A DNA stretch of 64,000 nt from Ignavibacteriota bacterium (GTDB lineage: Bacteria; Bacteroidota; Ignavibacteria; UBA10030), in NCBI GenBank assembly GCA_963701295.1, contig OY969585.1:1344001-1408000 (forward strand), read 5' to 3'. Position numbers and translations under genes: made by a program. The notes under the pieces are model-generated. The model had not been told where the DNA came from. It did not search any database and saw nothing but the letters and a program-made list of their open reading frames with translations. Shown in pieces: positions 41,642 to 52,243 of this stretch (position 1 is its first letter; each line of letters begins with the position of its first letter).

Positions 41642-43396
41642 ATGAATAAGACAGCCAAACAAGAGGTAAAGCTGAAGGGAATTCCGGCGTCTCCTGGTAT
41701 TGCTATTGGACCTGTATATCTTTTTCGGAAACATGAACCGACCATCCAGATTCGTACCATTGACGTTAATGAGGTTGGGAAAGAAAATAGCCGTCTTCAA
41801 AACGCTATTGCACGATCTAAAAAAGAACTCACTAAGGTTTTTGATTTTGCCGAACAGAAGTTAGGTGCAGATCAATCTAAGATATTCGAAGCACAGCTTC
41901 TCCTTCTTGAAGATACAGTTCTGTTTGAAGTTGTCTATAAGAGGCTCAAGGAAGAACTAAAGAATGTCGAATTTCTGATTCAAGACGAGATGGAAAAATA
42001 TCATCGCTTGATGACGGCGTCAAATGATCAGTATGCGCGTGAACGCGCTGATGACCTGCTCGATGTGGAAAATCGTATTCTTCGAAATCTTGAGGAACAA
42101 AAACTTGTTTCGAAAATCGACGGCTCTCATATCGTTGTGACGCACAACCTTGCTGCAGCGGACGCACTTATTTTCAGTCGTAACGAAGTTATGGCATATG
42201 TAACAGAAATTGGCGGCGCAACTTCACACATGGCATTGCTTGCGCGTGCATTAAAGATTCCCGCTGTTGTCGGTGTTCACCAAATTTCATTACTCGCACA
42301 TGCCGATGATCCAATCATCGTGGATGGATACGATGGGACAATTGTTCTCCATCCAAGTCCGGAGATGTTAAAACGCTACGAGAAGAAGAAAGAACAGTAC
42401 CATACATTTGAAGAAACGCTTGCCCCTCTTCGCGAACTTCCTGCCGAAACACTCGATGGGCATTGTATTAAACTTGCCGCCAACGTTGAATTGGAAGAAG
42501 AACTTGAGTTCATCAAACTGCAGGGTGCCGACGGGATTGGACTCTATCGTACGGAAAGTTTGCTCCTCGGTGAAGAAGTATTCCCGACTGAAGAAGAGCA
42601 GTATGAAGTGTACCACCGTATCGCGGAATCAGTATATCCAAAAGATGCCATTATACGCACATTCGATATCGGCGGTGACAAGTTCATGGCACAGACAGTG
42701 AAAGAGAATAATCCGTTCCTTGGCTGGCGCGGTGTTCGTGTCATGCTGGATAAGCCACAGATCTTCCTTGATCAGTTGCGCGCTATTCTGCGTGCCAGCA
42801 AGAAAAAGAATATCGCCATCATGCTTCCTATGGTGACTAACTTGAAAGAAGTACAACTCACAAAGCAATTGATTGCACAGGCAAAAGATGACTTACGCAC
42901 ACGGAGAATTGCCTTTGATGATAAAATAAAACTCGGTGTTATGATTGAAGTACCAGCAGCAGCAATTATTGCAGATCACCTTGGACGAGAAGTGAATTTT
43001 CTCAGCATCGGTACAAACGATCTCATTCAATATTTGCTTGCGGTAGATCGCGGCAACGATATTGTTTCGGAACTCTTTCAGGAATTTCATCCTGCTGTCA
43101 TCCGTTTTTTACGCCGCATTATCGAACGTGGGAAACAGAAAAATTCTTGGGTGGGCATGTGTGGACAAATGGCGGGTGATCCTCTGGCGACTATTTTGCT
43201 CGTTGGGCTCGGTCTGGATGAGTTCAGCGTGGTGCCGAATGCAGTGCCAGAAATCAAAAAGATAATTCGCTCGATCCATTATACCGAAGCAATACGCGTT
43301 GCTGAACGCGTGCTGATGATGCAGTCCGAAGACGAGATCAAAACGTACCTTAAGAATTTGATGAAGCGCAAGTTCCCAGATATTCCCATCGAATAA
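41642..43396 (+). CDS. ptsI: PTS enzyme I
   Basis: GGATSHMA, GIGLYRTE, RTFDIGGDK, NPFLGWRG, SIGTNDLIQY. Confidence 0.97.
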   Translation: MNKTAKQEVKLKGIPASPGIAIGPVYLFRKHEPTIQIRTIDVNEVGKENSRLQNAIARSKKELTKVFDFAEQKLGADQSKIFEAQLLLLEDTVLFEVVYKRLKEELKNVEFLIQDEMEKYHRLMTASNDQYARERADDLLDVENRILRNLEEQKLVSKIDGSHIVVTHNLAAADALIFSRNEVMAYVTEIGGATSHMALLARALKIPAVVGVHQISLLAHADDPIIVDGYDGTIVLHPSPEMLKRYEKKKEQYHTFEETLAPLRELPAETLDGHCIKLAANVELEEELEFIKLQGADGIGLYRTESLLLGEEVFPTEEEQYEVYHRIAESVYPKDAIIRTFDIGGDKFMAQTVKENNPFLGWRGVRVMLDKPQIFLDQLRAILRASKKKNIAIMLPMVTNLKEVQLTKQLIAQAKDDLRTRRIAFDDKIKLGVMIEVPAAAIIADHLGREVNFLSIGTNDLIQYLLAVDRGNDIVSELFQEFHPAVIRFLRRIIERGKQKNSWVGMCGQMAGDPLATILLVGLGLDEFSVVPNAVPEIKKIIRSIHYTEAIRVAERVLMMQSEDEIKTYLKNLMKRKFPDIPIE

Positions 43397-43517
43397 ACAG
43401 GAGAATGCAGGTTTATGATTTGAGAATAAAGAAAAGATGAGGCAGGTAGAGGAAGCTGATTGTTTTCGATGAACCGTTCAGAGTTTTATACTATCAAGAA
43501 ACATTAAAAGGAGAACA

Positions 43518-44574
43518 ATGATGACGCTCGACGATATTACACGAAGAGATCCCAAGGGGATGTCAATCTGGATTGCTGATTTCCCCAAACAGATTGAACA
43601 ATCTGTTCGCATTGGGAAAGAAGCAAGAATAAAGCTCAATGTAAAAGGTATACAAAACATCGGTACTGACCGGATTGGGCGGTTCAGCTATCGGCGGGGA
43701 TTTACTTCGTTCATATCTTGCTGAAGAACTCAAAGTACCATTTATGGTCAATCGGAATTATATTCTGCCGGAGTTCGTTGGAAAAAATACGCTTGTTATT
43801 GTCTCCAGTTATTCGGGTAACACAGAGGAAACCATCTCTGCACATAAAGATGCAATAAAGAGAAAGGCAAGAGTTCTTTGTATTAGTACAGGAGGAGAGA
43901 CGGCAAAAATGGCGAAAAAATTCAAGCAGCCCTGGATTCAAATTCCACCGGGACTTTCTCCACGTGCAGCTCTAGGATACTCATTCTTCCCATTGCTCGT
44001 TGTGTTTGGCAGGCTAGGTTTGATCAAATTAAAAGACAAAGATATAAAAGAGACAATTCGGCTTCTCAAAACCAAAGCAGCACTCTATAGCAATCCAGAA
44101 TCGCTAGAAAATGCGCCATTAAAATTGGCAGAGCGAATCAAAGGTAAGTTTCCGGTTATCTATTCTCCAACCGAGCACCTCGATACCATTAACATTCGAT
44201 GGCGCGGTCAAATTGCGGAAAATGCTAAGCAGCTATCCTCGGGCCACGTATTACCGGAGATGAATCACAATGAACTTGTCGGTTGGAAAGTGTTAACCGA
44301 CTTGATGAAGCAGATGCATGTCATCTTTCTTAAGGATGCAGGTACCCATAAACGTGTTGCGATTCGCGAGGAAATTACAAAGCACATCGTAGCACAATAT
44401 GCTGGTATAGTGACGGAAATTACAAGTGAAGGAAAATCGCTGCTTGCGCGAATGTTCTCACTTGTCCATTTCGGTGATTGGGTAACTCTCTATCTTGCTG
44501 TCTTGAACAATGAAGATCCGGAGCCGGTCGCTGTTATTGACTTTCTCAAGGGCGAATTAGGAAAAGTGAAGTAA
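43518..44574 (+). CDS. Bifunctional phosphoglucose/phosphomannose isomerase, +1 frameshift near 43662
   Basis: GLGGSAIGGD, SSYSGNTEET, SPRAA, ENAK, PEMNHNE. ORFs 43518-43724 and 43675-44574 join by removing one G. Confidence 0.9.
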
Positions 44575-44647
44575 AACAATCAGTTTTTTAGATATCTATT
44601 AAACGAAAGTATTGATAACGGAACCTTAGCTTCAGACTATTAAAACC

Positions 44648-44676
44648 TTGCATTTAACAACACCGGAAGATATATT
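44648..44676 (+). promoter_or_regulatory. Sigma70 promoter
   Basis: TTGCAT-N17-TATATT upstream of the Crp gene. Confidence 0.6.
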
Positions 44677-44753
44677 ACCAACGTTCATGCTGTGCGAAAT
44701 TTTAATTTCTAATTAAACAGGCATCTTAATTTACACATCATACACGGACCACA

Positions 44754-45440
44754 ATGCCTCAAGAAGAAATCAATTTTCTCCGTAATGTGCCTATCTTCGC
44801 TGAACTCGAAGAAAAGGATTTACTGAGGGTTGTCAAACTCGGCACAAGTCAAAAATATAAGAAGGGCAACATCGTTGTCCTTGAACAGGAAAGCGGTGCT
44901 GCTCTCTTCGTTATCATCACAGGTAAAGTGAAAGTAGTACGAATGGATGAGGATGGACGGGAGGTCATCCTCTCGATGTTTGGACCCGGCGAATTTTTTG
45001 GCGAGATGTCGTTGCTGGATGGGTTGGCACGATCGGCGAGTGTTGTGGCAACGGTGAAATCCGAATTGTTTATGATTCATCGGCGGGATTTTTTAGAGTT
45101 ATTGAATGAATTCCCAACGGTGACGATTTCACTACTGGCAGAACTTGCTATGCGGTTGCGGAAAGCCGATATGCAGATCAAGAGTTTGTCGCTGAAAGAT
45201 GCCGAAGGAAGGGTTGCCAATGTTATGTTGATACTTGCCGATGATGTCGGTATCTTCCGCAAAGGGAAAGTGGAAATTGATGATTTACCGCTTCAGCAGG
45301 ATATTGCTAATATGGCTGGTACGTCCCGCGAAACGGTTTCCCGCATGATTCATTTATTTATCGAAGGCGGAGAAGTGCAGATGAAAGGGAACAAGCTCAT
45401 CATTAACGATTACGAGGCGTTCCGGAAAAAATATTTGTGA
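44754..45440 (+). CDS. Crp/Fnr family transcriptional regulator
   Basis: FFGEMSLL..RSA cNMP pocket; GTSRETVSR HTH. Confidence 0.95.
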   Translation: MPQEEINFLRNVPIFAELEEKDLLRVVKLGTSQKYKKGNIVVLEQESGAALFVIITGKVKVVRMDEDGREVILSMFGPGEFFGEMSLLDGLARSASVVATVKSELFMIHRRDFLELLNEFPTVTISLLAELAMRLRKADMQIKSLSLKDAEGRVANVMLILADDVGIFRKGKVEIDDLPLQQDIANMAGTSRETVSRMIHLFIEGGEVQMKGNKLIINDYEAFRKKYL

Positions 45441-45505
45441 GAAATCCTTTTCGCTTTGCCATGGATAGAATTTGAGGATATGGATGAGTATACGAATAAA
45501 AGTTT

Positions 45506-46387
45506 GTGCGGATTTTTATGGTTGAAAAAAGGAATGGGCTAACAGAACATTCAGATCGTCCCGACAATTCTCGAGCGGATCTCCATCTTCATACAACATA
45601 CTCCGACGGTGCACGAAGCCCTAAAGAAATTGTTCAACGGGCTCATGCGGCAGGACTTTCTGTTATTTCCATTACTGACCACGACAATGTCGGCGCTCTC
45701 GATGAAGCAATCGAAACAGGAAAAAGCCTCGGTATAGAAATTGTACCAGGTGTGGAGTTGAGTGTTGCGTTGAATGAAAAAGATATTCACTTGCTTGCAT
45801 ACTTCTTTGATCACACAAATCAGAAACTGTTAGATTATCTTTCTTTTTTCCGCTACGAACGATTGAAGCGCGCTGAACGTATAGTCCAAAAACTCAACGA
45901 CATTAATATCCCTTTAAAATTGGATGCAGTGCTTGATCAAGCAGGAATCGGTTCAGTGGGGCGTCCCCATATTGCTAGCGCCTTGATGGAAGAAGGATTG
46001 ACGGATACATATCACGAAGCATTTTTAAGGTACATAGGCGCTGGCGCCCCAGCGTACGAAAAAAAATACCAACTCTCACCGCTTGAAGCAACACAACTTA
46101 TTACACAGGCTGGCGGACTTTCATTCCTCGCACACCCCGGTAAGTATACAACAGATGTGGAATTGTCAACGCTTATTCAAGCCGGTTTGGACGGGATCGA
46201 AGTGGTGCATCCGTCACATAACGAAACACGTCAGGAATTTTATCGTGGCGTTGTTCATCAGTATTTCCTTCTGGAGTGTGGTGGCTCCGACTACCATGGC
46301 GGCAAGAAGAATGACGAGGGTATTTTTGGTGTCTATACTGTATCGCTGGATATTGTCGAAGATATGCGCAATCGTCTTTTTTCTTGA
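45506..46387 (+). CDS. PHP-domain phosphoesterase (TrpH/YciV-like)
   Basis: DLHLHTTYSDG, ITDHD, GVELS, GRPHIA, LAHP, GGSDYHG. The start may be ATG 45518. Confidence 0.92.
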   Translation: MRIFMVEKRNGLTEHSDRPDNSRADLHLHTTYSDGARSPKEIVQRAHAAGLSVISITDHDNVGALDEAIETGKSLGIEIVPGVELSVALNEKDIHLLAYFFDHTNQKLLDYLSFFRYERLKRAERIVQKLNDINIPLKLDAVLDQAGIGSVGRPHIASALMEEGLTDTYHEAFLRYIGAGAPAYEKKYQLSPLEATQLITQAGGLSFLAHPGKYTTDVELSTLIQAGLDGIEVVHPSHNETRQEFYRGVVHQYFLLECGGSDYHGGKKNDEGIFGVYTVSLDIVEDMRNRLFS

Positions 46388-46393
46388 GTTGTT

Positions 46394-46879
46394 GTGAATC
46401 CAAAAAATCATACTCCCCGCACATTTCAAGAATCGGCGGCGAAATTTCGATTTGCCATTGTTGTTAGCAAGTTCAATCATCCTATTACCGAAAGACTTTT
46501 AGTGGGCGCTGAACAATGTCTACGTGAGCATCACGTTCCAGAGAAGAACCGGAAGGTAGTATATTGTCCGGGATCATTTGAGTTACCACAAGTGGCAAAT
46601 AGGTTAGCTGCACAGAAGAAGTGGGACGCGATTATTTGTCTTGGCGCAATCATTCGCGGGGAAACTCCGCACTTCGAGTACGTTTCTGCAGAGACAGCAC
46701 GCGGCATTCAGGATGTAGCGCTTCATCATTCTCTACCGGTGATATTCGGTGTGCTGACGACGGACAATGAACAGCAAGCGTTAGATCGCATCGGTGGTTC
46801 ACAAGGGCACAAGGGATGGGATGCGGCACTGACGGCTATCGAAATGGCTGCACTCTTCCGAACATTAAAACGCACATGA
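46394..46879 (+). CDS. ribH: Lumazine synthase
   Basis: PGSFELP, LGAIIRGETPHFEYV, FGVLT. Confidence 0.97.
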   Translation: MNPKNHTPRTFQESAAKFRFAIVVSKFNHPITERLLVGAEQCLREHHVPEKNRKVVYCPGSFELPQVANRLAAQKKWDAIICLGAIIRGETPHFEYVSAETARGIQDVALHHSLPVIFGVLTTDNEQQALDRIGGSQGHKGWDAALTAIEMAALFRTLKRT

Positions 46880-46892
46880 CGGTAAGTGCCAT

Positions 46893-49178
46893 ATGAGTCG
46901 TAGAACAACAATCATCTTCTTCCTCCTCATCTTGAGTCTTGATGCGCAGAGCCAGCAACAAATCGGACAATGGAAATCATTTACCGACATGAAATCTGTA
47001 CGCGGTGCAGTGCGTGTGGGCAGCAGTATTTGGGCGGCAACGAGCGGCGGCGTATTTGTATTTGATACGGTATCGGGGCAATACAAGAAGTACAACCACT
47101 CCAACGGTCTCTCTTCTAACGATATACGTTGCATTGCTGTCGAACCCGGAAATCGTATTTGGGTTGGCGGAGCAAATGGATTTATCGACACATATAATCT
47201 ACAAACAGGGGTTTGGACAGCTATCGATGCGAATAGGTCAAACGGTGATTCCCAAATAGGAGTACAAGATTTCTTTCTTAAGGATGATACAATGTTTGTT
47301 GCCACAGTGTTTGGTGTAATACCTTTTAAAATTGACAAATGGGAATTTGGGGATACATATGCCAGCTTTGGTTTTCTATCCGCTCCTGTTGTGAACTGTG
47401 TTCTTACTGATGAAAGCCACATATTTGTCGGTACTGATAGAGGACTCGCGGTTGCACCACTCGCAGCTCTCAATCTCTCTGCACCAGATTCATGGACGAT
47501 CTACTCGACATTTCCCGGACTCTCTTCAAATTCAATTACGTCGATGACAGTATTGAGAGACACGTTAGTGATTGCTACGGATAAGGGGGTAGGATATTAT
47601 GCGAACGGATCATTTGGTGTCGTTGGATCGCTTGGTGGGAAACCGATTAGCGATCTTTCTGTTGATGGCGGAAAACTGTTCATACTCAGGAATGAAGGGT
47701 CGGGTTTTCTCGTTGAGTCGCTCTCGTCTTTTACCGATTCAGCTCAATTTGTTACAGCAAATTCTGCTGTTCAAGGGTCAAGTTTTGTTCCAGCTTCTTC
47801 TCTGTGGATAGGTACCGATTCGAGCGGATTAACGCGACAAACAGTATTAGGGTGGGATTATTACTCTCCCAATGGCCCGGAATCAAATTTATTCAGCAGC
47901 CTCGCAGTTGATGATAATGGTGTGTTGTGGGCGGCATCCGGCTCGAATACTCATGCTGGATTTTATCGATACAATCCATCTCTACCAGAGAATGCCCAGT
48001 GGAAGAATTTTTCTTTTTTTGGTGATGGATCCTACAAGGTTTCACTTGGAGCAAAAGGTTCAGTCTGGGTCAGTTCATGGGGAGATGGCGTTGAAGAAAT
48101 TGTCGGCGATACCATCCGACGCAAGTTGAATTATTATTCCCCTGTGAGACTTCCATCAGCTGTATCTAAAGATTCCGATTATGTCGTTACCAGCGGAGTC
48201 TCAGTGGACAATGACGGTAAACTGTGGATAATTAACCTGAATACGGTGAATGGCAGAAGTCTTCTTAGATTAAACGATGACGGAACTGCGACCTATTTTG
48301 ACAACCAGTATCCGGGGGGCACCTCGGATGGTTGGTTCTCTTCAATGGTTATAGATCGTAATGGAACAAAATGGTTGGCGGGAGATCTTCCTTGGATGCC
48401 CAAAAAAACCACAAACGGATTAAACGGTGTGTATGTCTTTAATGAAAATCCCATGCTTTTTGGAATAGACACCATAGGTGGCTGGGGACATATGGACTCT
48501 ACAGACGGATTGAAAAGCGATATAGTTCTTGCTTTTGTAGTTGATCTTGATGGCGCTGTATGGATTGGTACAAGCTTAGGTGTTACAATTGTACCTGACC
48601 CTCAATCCCCAAAACAATTCAATCAATGCTTTGCCTTATTGAATTTCGCTCCTCCATTTGTCCAAACCATGGCTGTTGATGCATTAAATAACAAATGGAT
48701 CGGTACGAACAATGGTGTTTTTGTTGTCAACTCAGACGGCACACAGATAGTCCCGCCGACGTACACTGTCGCATCAACCAATGGTCAGCTTTTGGCTGAT
48801 GACGTGAGATCGATTGCTATTGACCAGAAACGCGGTATCGTTTACTTTGGAACAGAACAAGGATTATCAAGTCTTACTATTGAACCCGTGCAGACCAACC
48901 AATCATATTCCCGGCTGGAAGTCGGGCCAAATCCATTCATCCTGCCAAGCGATCAACCGTTGACGATTCGTAACCTTGTGGCTGGCAGTACTATTAAAGT
49001 AATGACGGTAAGCGGTTTTCTTGTGACACAATTTGAAGCACAAGGAGGAGGCAGGGCGTTTTGGGATGGACGGGATAAGAATGGTGCATTCGTTTCATCC
49101 GGGATATATTTTATCGTCGCGTTTACAGAAAATGGTTCTCAAACTGTAGTCGGTAAAGTGGCTGTTATCCGTCGTTAG
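46893..49178 (+). CDS. PorZ-like beta-propeller protein with T9SS-type C-terminal domain
   Basis: Signal peptide, IGQWKSF, NGLSSN, repeated D..G..WIGT..G blades, PNPF, WDGRD..G..VSSGIY, VGKVAVIR. Confidence 0.78.
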   Translation: MSRRTTIIFFLLILSLDAQSQQQIGQWKSFTDMKSVRGAVRVGSSIWAATSGGVFVFDTVSGQYKKYNHSNGLSSNDIRCIAVEPGNRIWVGGANGFIDTYNLQTGVWTAIDANRSNGDSQIGVQDFFLKDDTMFVATVFGVIPFKIDKWEFGDTYASFGFLSAPVVNCVLTDESHIFVGTDRGLAVAPLAALNLSAPDSWTIYSTFPGLSSNSITSMTVLRDTLVIATDKGVGYYANGSFGVVGSLGGKPISDLSVDGGKLFILRNEGSGFLVESLSSFTDSAQFVTANSAVQGSSFVPASSLWIGTDSSGLTRQTVLGWDYYSPNGPESNLFSSLAVDDNGVLWAASGSNTHAGFYRYNPSLPENAQWKNFSFFGDGSYKVSLGAKGSVWVSSWGDGVEEIVGDTIRRKLNYYSPVRLPSAVSKDSDYVVTSGVSVDNDGKLWIINLNTVNGRSLLRLNDDGTATYFDNQYPGGTSDGWFSSMVIDRNGTKWLAGDLPWMPKKTTNGLNGVYVFNENPMLFGIDTIGGWGHMDSTDGLKSDIVLAFVVDLDGAVWIGTSLGVTIVPDPQSPKQFNQCFALLNFAPPFVQTMAVDALNNKWIGTNNGVFVVNSDGTQIVPPTYTVASTNGQLLADDVRSIAIDQKRGIVYFGTEQGLSSLTIEPVQTNQSYSRLEVGPNPFILPSDQPLTIRNLVAGSTIKVMTVSGFLVTQFEAQGGGRAFWDGRDKNGAFVSSGIYFIVAFTENGSQTVVGKVAVIRR

Positions 49179-49398
49179 GATGGACCTAGTGTCTTCCCTA
49201 GCATCTGAACGGAGTTTTCGTTTTTTTTCAATTTTCCCTTTTTGGTTTTTACACCACTAAATGCAATATCATTCCAGCGAAAGCCTGAATCCAGAAACAG
49301 GATGCGGTGTTCCCTCAAAATGCTGGCGGACAAGTCGCTGGCGTAACAGAATAGATATCGCGATGCTTGATATAAGGAAGTTTATGAATTGTTTGCCT

Positions 49399-50574
49399 TT
49401 ACGCTGGTGAAATCTTCCTTGTTTCCCTGCGCCTAAACAATAATGCGAAATAAACACCAAGGAATAATAATAGTGCTGACACGATGTATGGACCTGTATA
49501 ATAAATTTCATAGAGATAACCAGCAAGAAGCGGTGCGATCACCATATATGCAGACATCAGTGCTGAAAGAATTCCCATCGTCTCGCCTTTCTTCGAAGGA
49601 TCAGCTGCTGCTACAACTTGACTCGTAATCACCACTCGAAGAATAGCTTGACCGGTTCCCAAACCAAGAAAACTAAGATAAAACAATGGCAAGATTTCTG
49701 TCGAAACTAGGAGCGAGGAAAAAGCCAGCACGACAAGCATGAAAATTTCCAATGTTGATTCCGAGAATTTCGCAAGCCAAAATTTTTTCAATAGAAATCC
49801 CTGGTTAAAAACCACAATTACACCGATCATCGTGAACATCATTCCCGTTTGGAATGCAGTGAAACCAAATACGTCCTTGACAAATAAGCCAAAAACAGCC
49901 TGACTTGTCACGATGGCGAATGCAAAGAACGACCAGGTAAAGTAAAGAGGCCGTAACTTTCGATCTTGTGCAGCTCGTAGTAACGGTATGAACGGATTGA
50001 AACTTATTGGTTTCTGATGATCACGCTGGTGATGTGTTTCTGGGAGGAAGAAAAATGCGGAGATCGCATTTGTTGCCGCTAGTGCTCCAGCCATCCAAAA
50101 CGGAAATGCATGTGACACTTTACTCAACACACCGCCGATAAGCGGACCGAGAATAAATCCGATCCCAAATGCTGCTCCGATGAGTCCGATATTTGCCGTC
50201 CGTTCCTTTTCATCTTTGGCAAGATCCACCATATAGCTTTGTGCTGTTGTAAAATTACCTGCAGCTAGTCCATCAATGATGCGTCCAAGGAACAACATCC
50301 AGAGAGAGTGCGCGCTGGCAAATACCAACCAACCAATCGCCGTACTCGTAATGCTCAGAATAAGGATCGGTCGGCGTCCGATGCGGTCGGACCACATACC
50401 TAACAGAGGTGCACTCAAAAAAGAGAAAAAAGAAAATGTTGCAAATAAGAGTGTGATGGTAGTTGGCGAAGCACCGAATTCCGTTACATAGAATGGTAAA
50501 ATTGGGATAACAATGCCAAACCCGATTACATCTACAAGAACCGCCGAGATAACGATGAGCTTTTCTTTTTGCAT
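49399..50574 (-). CDS. MFS transporter, TetA/DHA1 family
   Basis: GMWSDRIGRRP motif A, GRIIDG, GFILGPLIGG motif C. Confidence 0.9.
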   Translation of the reverse strand: MQKEKLIVISAVLVDVIGFGIVIPILPFYVTEFGASPTTITLLFATFSFFSFLSAPLLGMWSDRIGRRPILILSITSTAIGWLVFASAHSLWMLFLGRIIDGLAAGNFTTAQSYMVDLAKDEKERTANIGLIGAAFGIGFILGPLIGGVLSKVSHAFPFWMAGALAATNAISAFFFLPETHHQRDHQKPISFNPFIPLLRAAQDRKLRPLYFTWSFFAFAIVTSQAVFGLFVKDVFGFTAFQTGMMFTMIGVIVVFNQGFLLKKFWLAKFSESTLEIFMLVVLAFSSLLVSTEILPLFYLSFLGLGTGQAILRVVITSQVVAAADPSKKGETMGILSALMSAYMVIAPLLAGYLYEIYYTGPYIVSALLLFLGVYFALLFRRRETRKISPA

Positions 50575-50720
50575 AGCAATTTCATGATAATGGAAATTTT
50601 AATTAATAGCAGAATATGGATAAATGTCGAGCAGTTCCATGGAAAGACTGTTAAATTCTCTTATTAAACTCAACCTTGATTCCTTTCCTCCTACATCGTA
50701 TCTTACCCGTGAGGTGGATA

Positions 50721-51785
50721 ATGCCAGAAGTTTCACTCAAAGAAATTCTTACGAATCATACGAAAGAAGGGAAACTCTATGCCGAAATGCCAAACGATTG
50801 GGTACGGTGTTTCGCTTGTGGGCATAGATGCAAGATTCCACCGGCAAAAGATGGCATCTGTAAAATTCGATTTAACAAGGATGGAAAACTTTACGTTCCA
50901 TTCGGGTATGTCTCCGGTATCGCACTTGACCCGATAGAAAAGAAACCGTTTTTCCATGTGTATCCCGGATCGACAGCACTGAGCTTCGGCATGCTCGGCT
51001 GCGATTACCACTGCTCATTCTGTCAGAATTGGGTAACATCTCAAGCACTCCGAGACCCACATGCTATTTCTTCTCTTGAAGAAATTGATGCTGAAGAGAT
51101 TATCAAAATTGCTCTTCGCCGGAAAGCACCGATCATCACGAGCACATACAACGAGCCTCTGATAACCTCTGAATGGGCAGTGGAGATATTCAAGCACGCA
51201 AAGAACGCCGGACTCATCACTTCGTATGTCTCCAACGGGAATGCAACACCAGAGGTACTCGACTATATACAACCATGGATTGATCTCTACAAAGTTGACC
51301 TGAAAGGTTTTCGCCAGAAAGCTTACCAACAAATGGGCGGTGTACTTCAGAATGTGCTTGATACTATTAAGTCATTGCACGAACGCGGAAAGTGGATTGA
51401 GGTGGTCACACTTGTTGTTCCAGGAATGAATGATGCAGATGAAGAGTTGACTGATATCGCCAAATTTCTTTTCTCTGTCTCGCCGGATATTCCGTGGCAT
51501 GTGACTGCCTATCATCGGGATTACAAAATAGCGGCGGAAGAAGAAGTCACTCCTATCTCTACTCTGCTTCGTGCTGCAGAAATTGGTTATAAAGAAGGAT
51601 TACATTTTGTTTATACCGGCAATCGGCCGGGGCAGACGCGGAATTATGAGAACACTTTTTGTTACTCATGTAACGAACTTCTTATCGAACGGCAAGGATT
51701 TCGAGTGTTGAGAAACAAACTATCAGACGGAACGTGTTTCAAATGCGGAACAGAAGTCGCAGGAAAATGGGGCAACGCCTCTTGA
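50721..51785 (+). CDS. amrS: AmmeMemoRadiSam-system radical SAM enzyme
   Basis: CFACGHRC, DPIEKKPFFH, CDYHCSFCQN, TYNEP, NTFC..C; ATG 50721 after GAGGTG. Confidence 0.9.
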   Translation: MPEVSLKEILTNHTKEGKLYAEMPNDWVRCFACGHRCKIPPAKDGICKIRFNKDGKLYVPFGYVSGIALDPIEKKPFFHVYPGSTALSFGMLGCDYHCSFCQNWVTSQALRDPHAISSLEEIDAEEIIKIALRRKAPIITSTYNEPLITSEWAVEIFKHAKNAGLITSYVSNGNATPEVLDYIQPWIDLYKVDLKGFRQKAYQQMGGVLQNVLDTIKSLHERGKWIEVVTLVVPGMNDADEELTDIAKFLFSVSPDIPWHVTAYHRDYKIAAEEEVTPISTLLRAAEIGYKEGLHFVYTGNRPGQTRNYENTFCYSCNELLIERQGFRVLRNKLSDGTCFKCGTEVAGKWGNAS

Positions 51786-52243
51786 GAAAAAAATGAACCT
51801 CTTCCTCATCACATCTCTCAATGAGTGAGAGATATTTGATGACTAAATCATTCATCATCTCTGTTTCGTTCCCATGTTCTTCTGAAATAATCTTTGCTGC
51901 TCCCGCGGATTCCCGCCCAATTACCATGTGGAGTAATCAACGAGGACAAGTTGAACTGTTTAACCGCTGGAGAAGGGATTCGTGTTGGCGTATGAGCAGG
52001 ATAAACAGCTTTGCTCATTGGAGAACTCTTAGAATGGGTAAAAGAGGATCAAACATCCATTGTTTCTTATCTTTTAAACAGACAAGAATAGGAACGAAGT
52101 TGATTCTGAAACATTCGGTGTTCTCTCATAAACTTGAACTGCAAGTTTATTACGATGAGACCTTCAATTTGTAAACGAGCCGGTGAAAGTGTATCTTCTA
52201 TGCAAGGAGACATTATTGATCAGACAATTATTTCAGGCACATC

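Noticed and set aside
49269-49295. Degenerate TCATTCC-GCGAAAGC-GAATCCAG REP-like hairpin
   Set aside because: Single eroded copy with mismatched arms; not enough for a feature call.
51739-52174. Short ORFs on both strands after the radical SAM gene
   Set aside because: No motifs or clear RBS; cannot be supported as genes.
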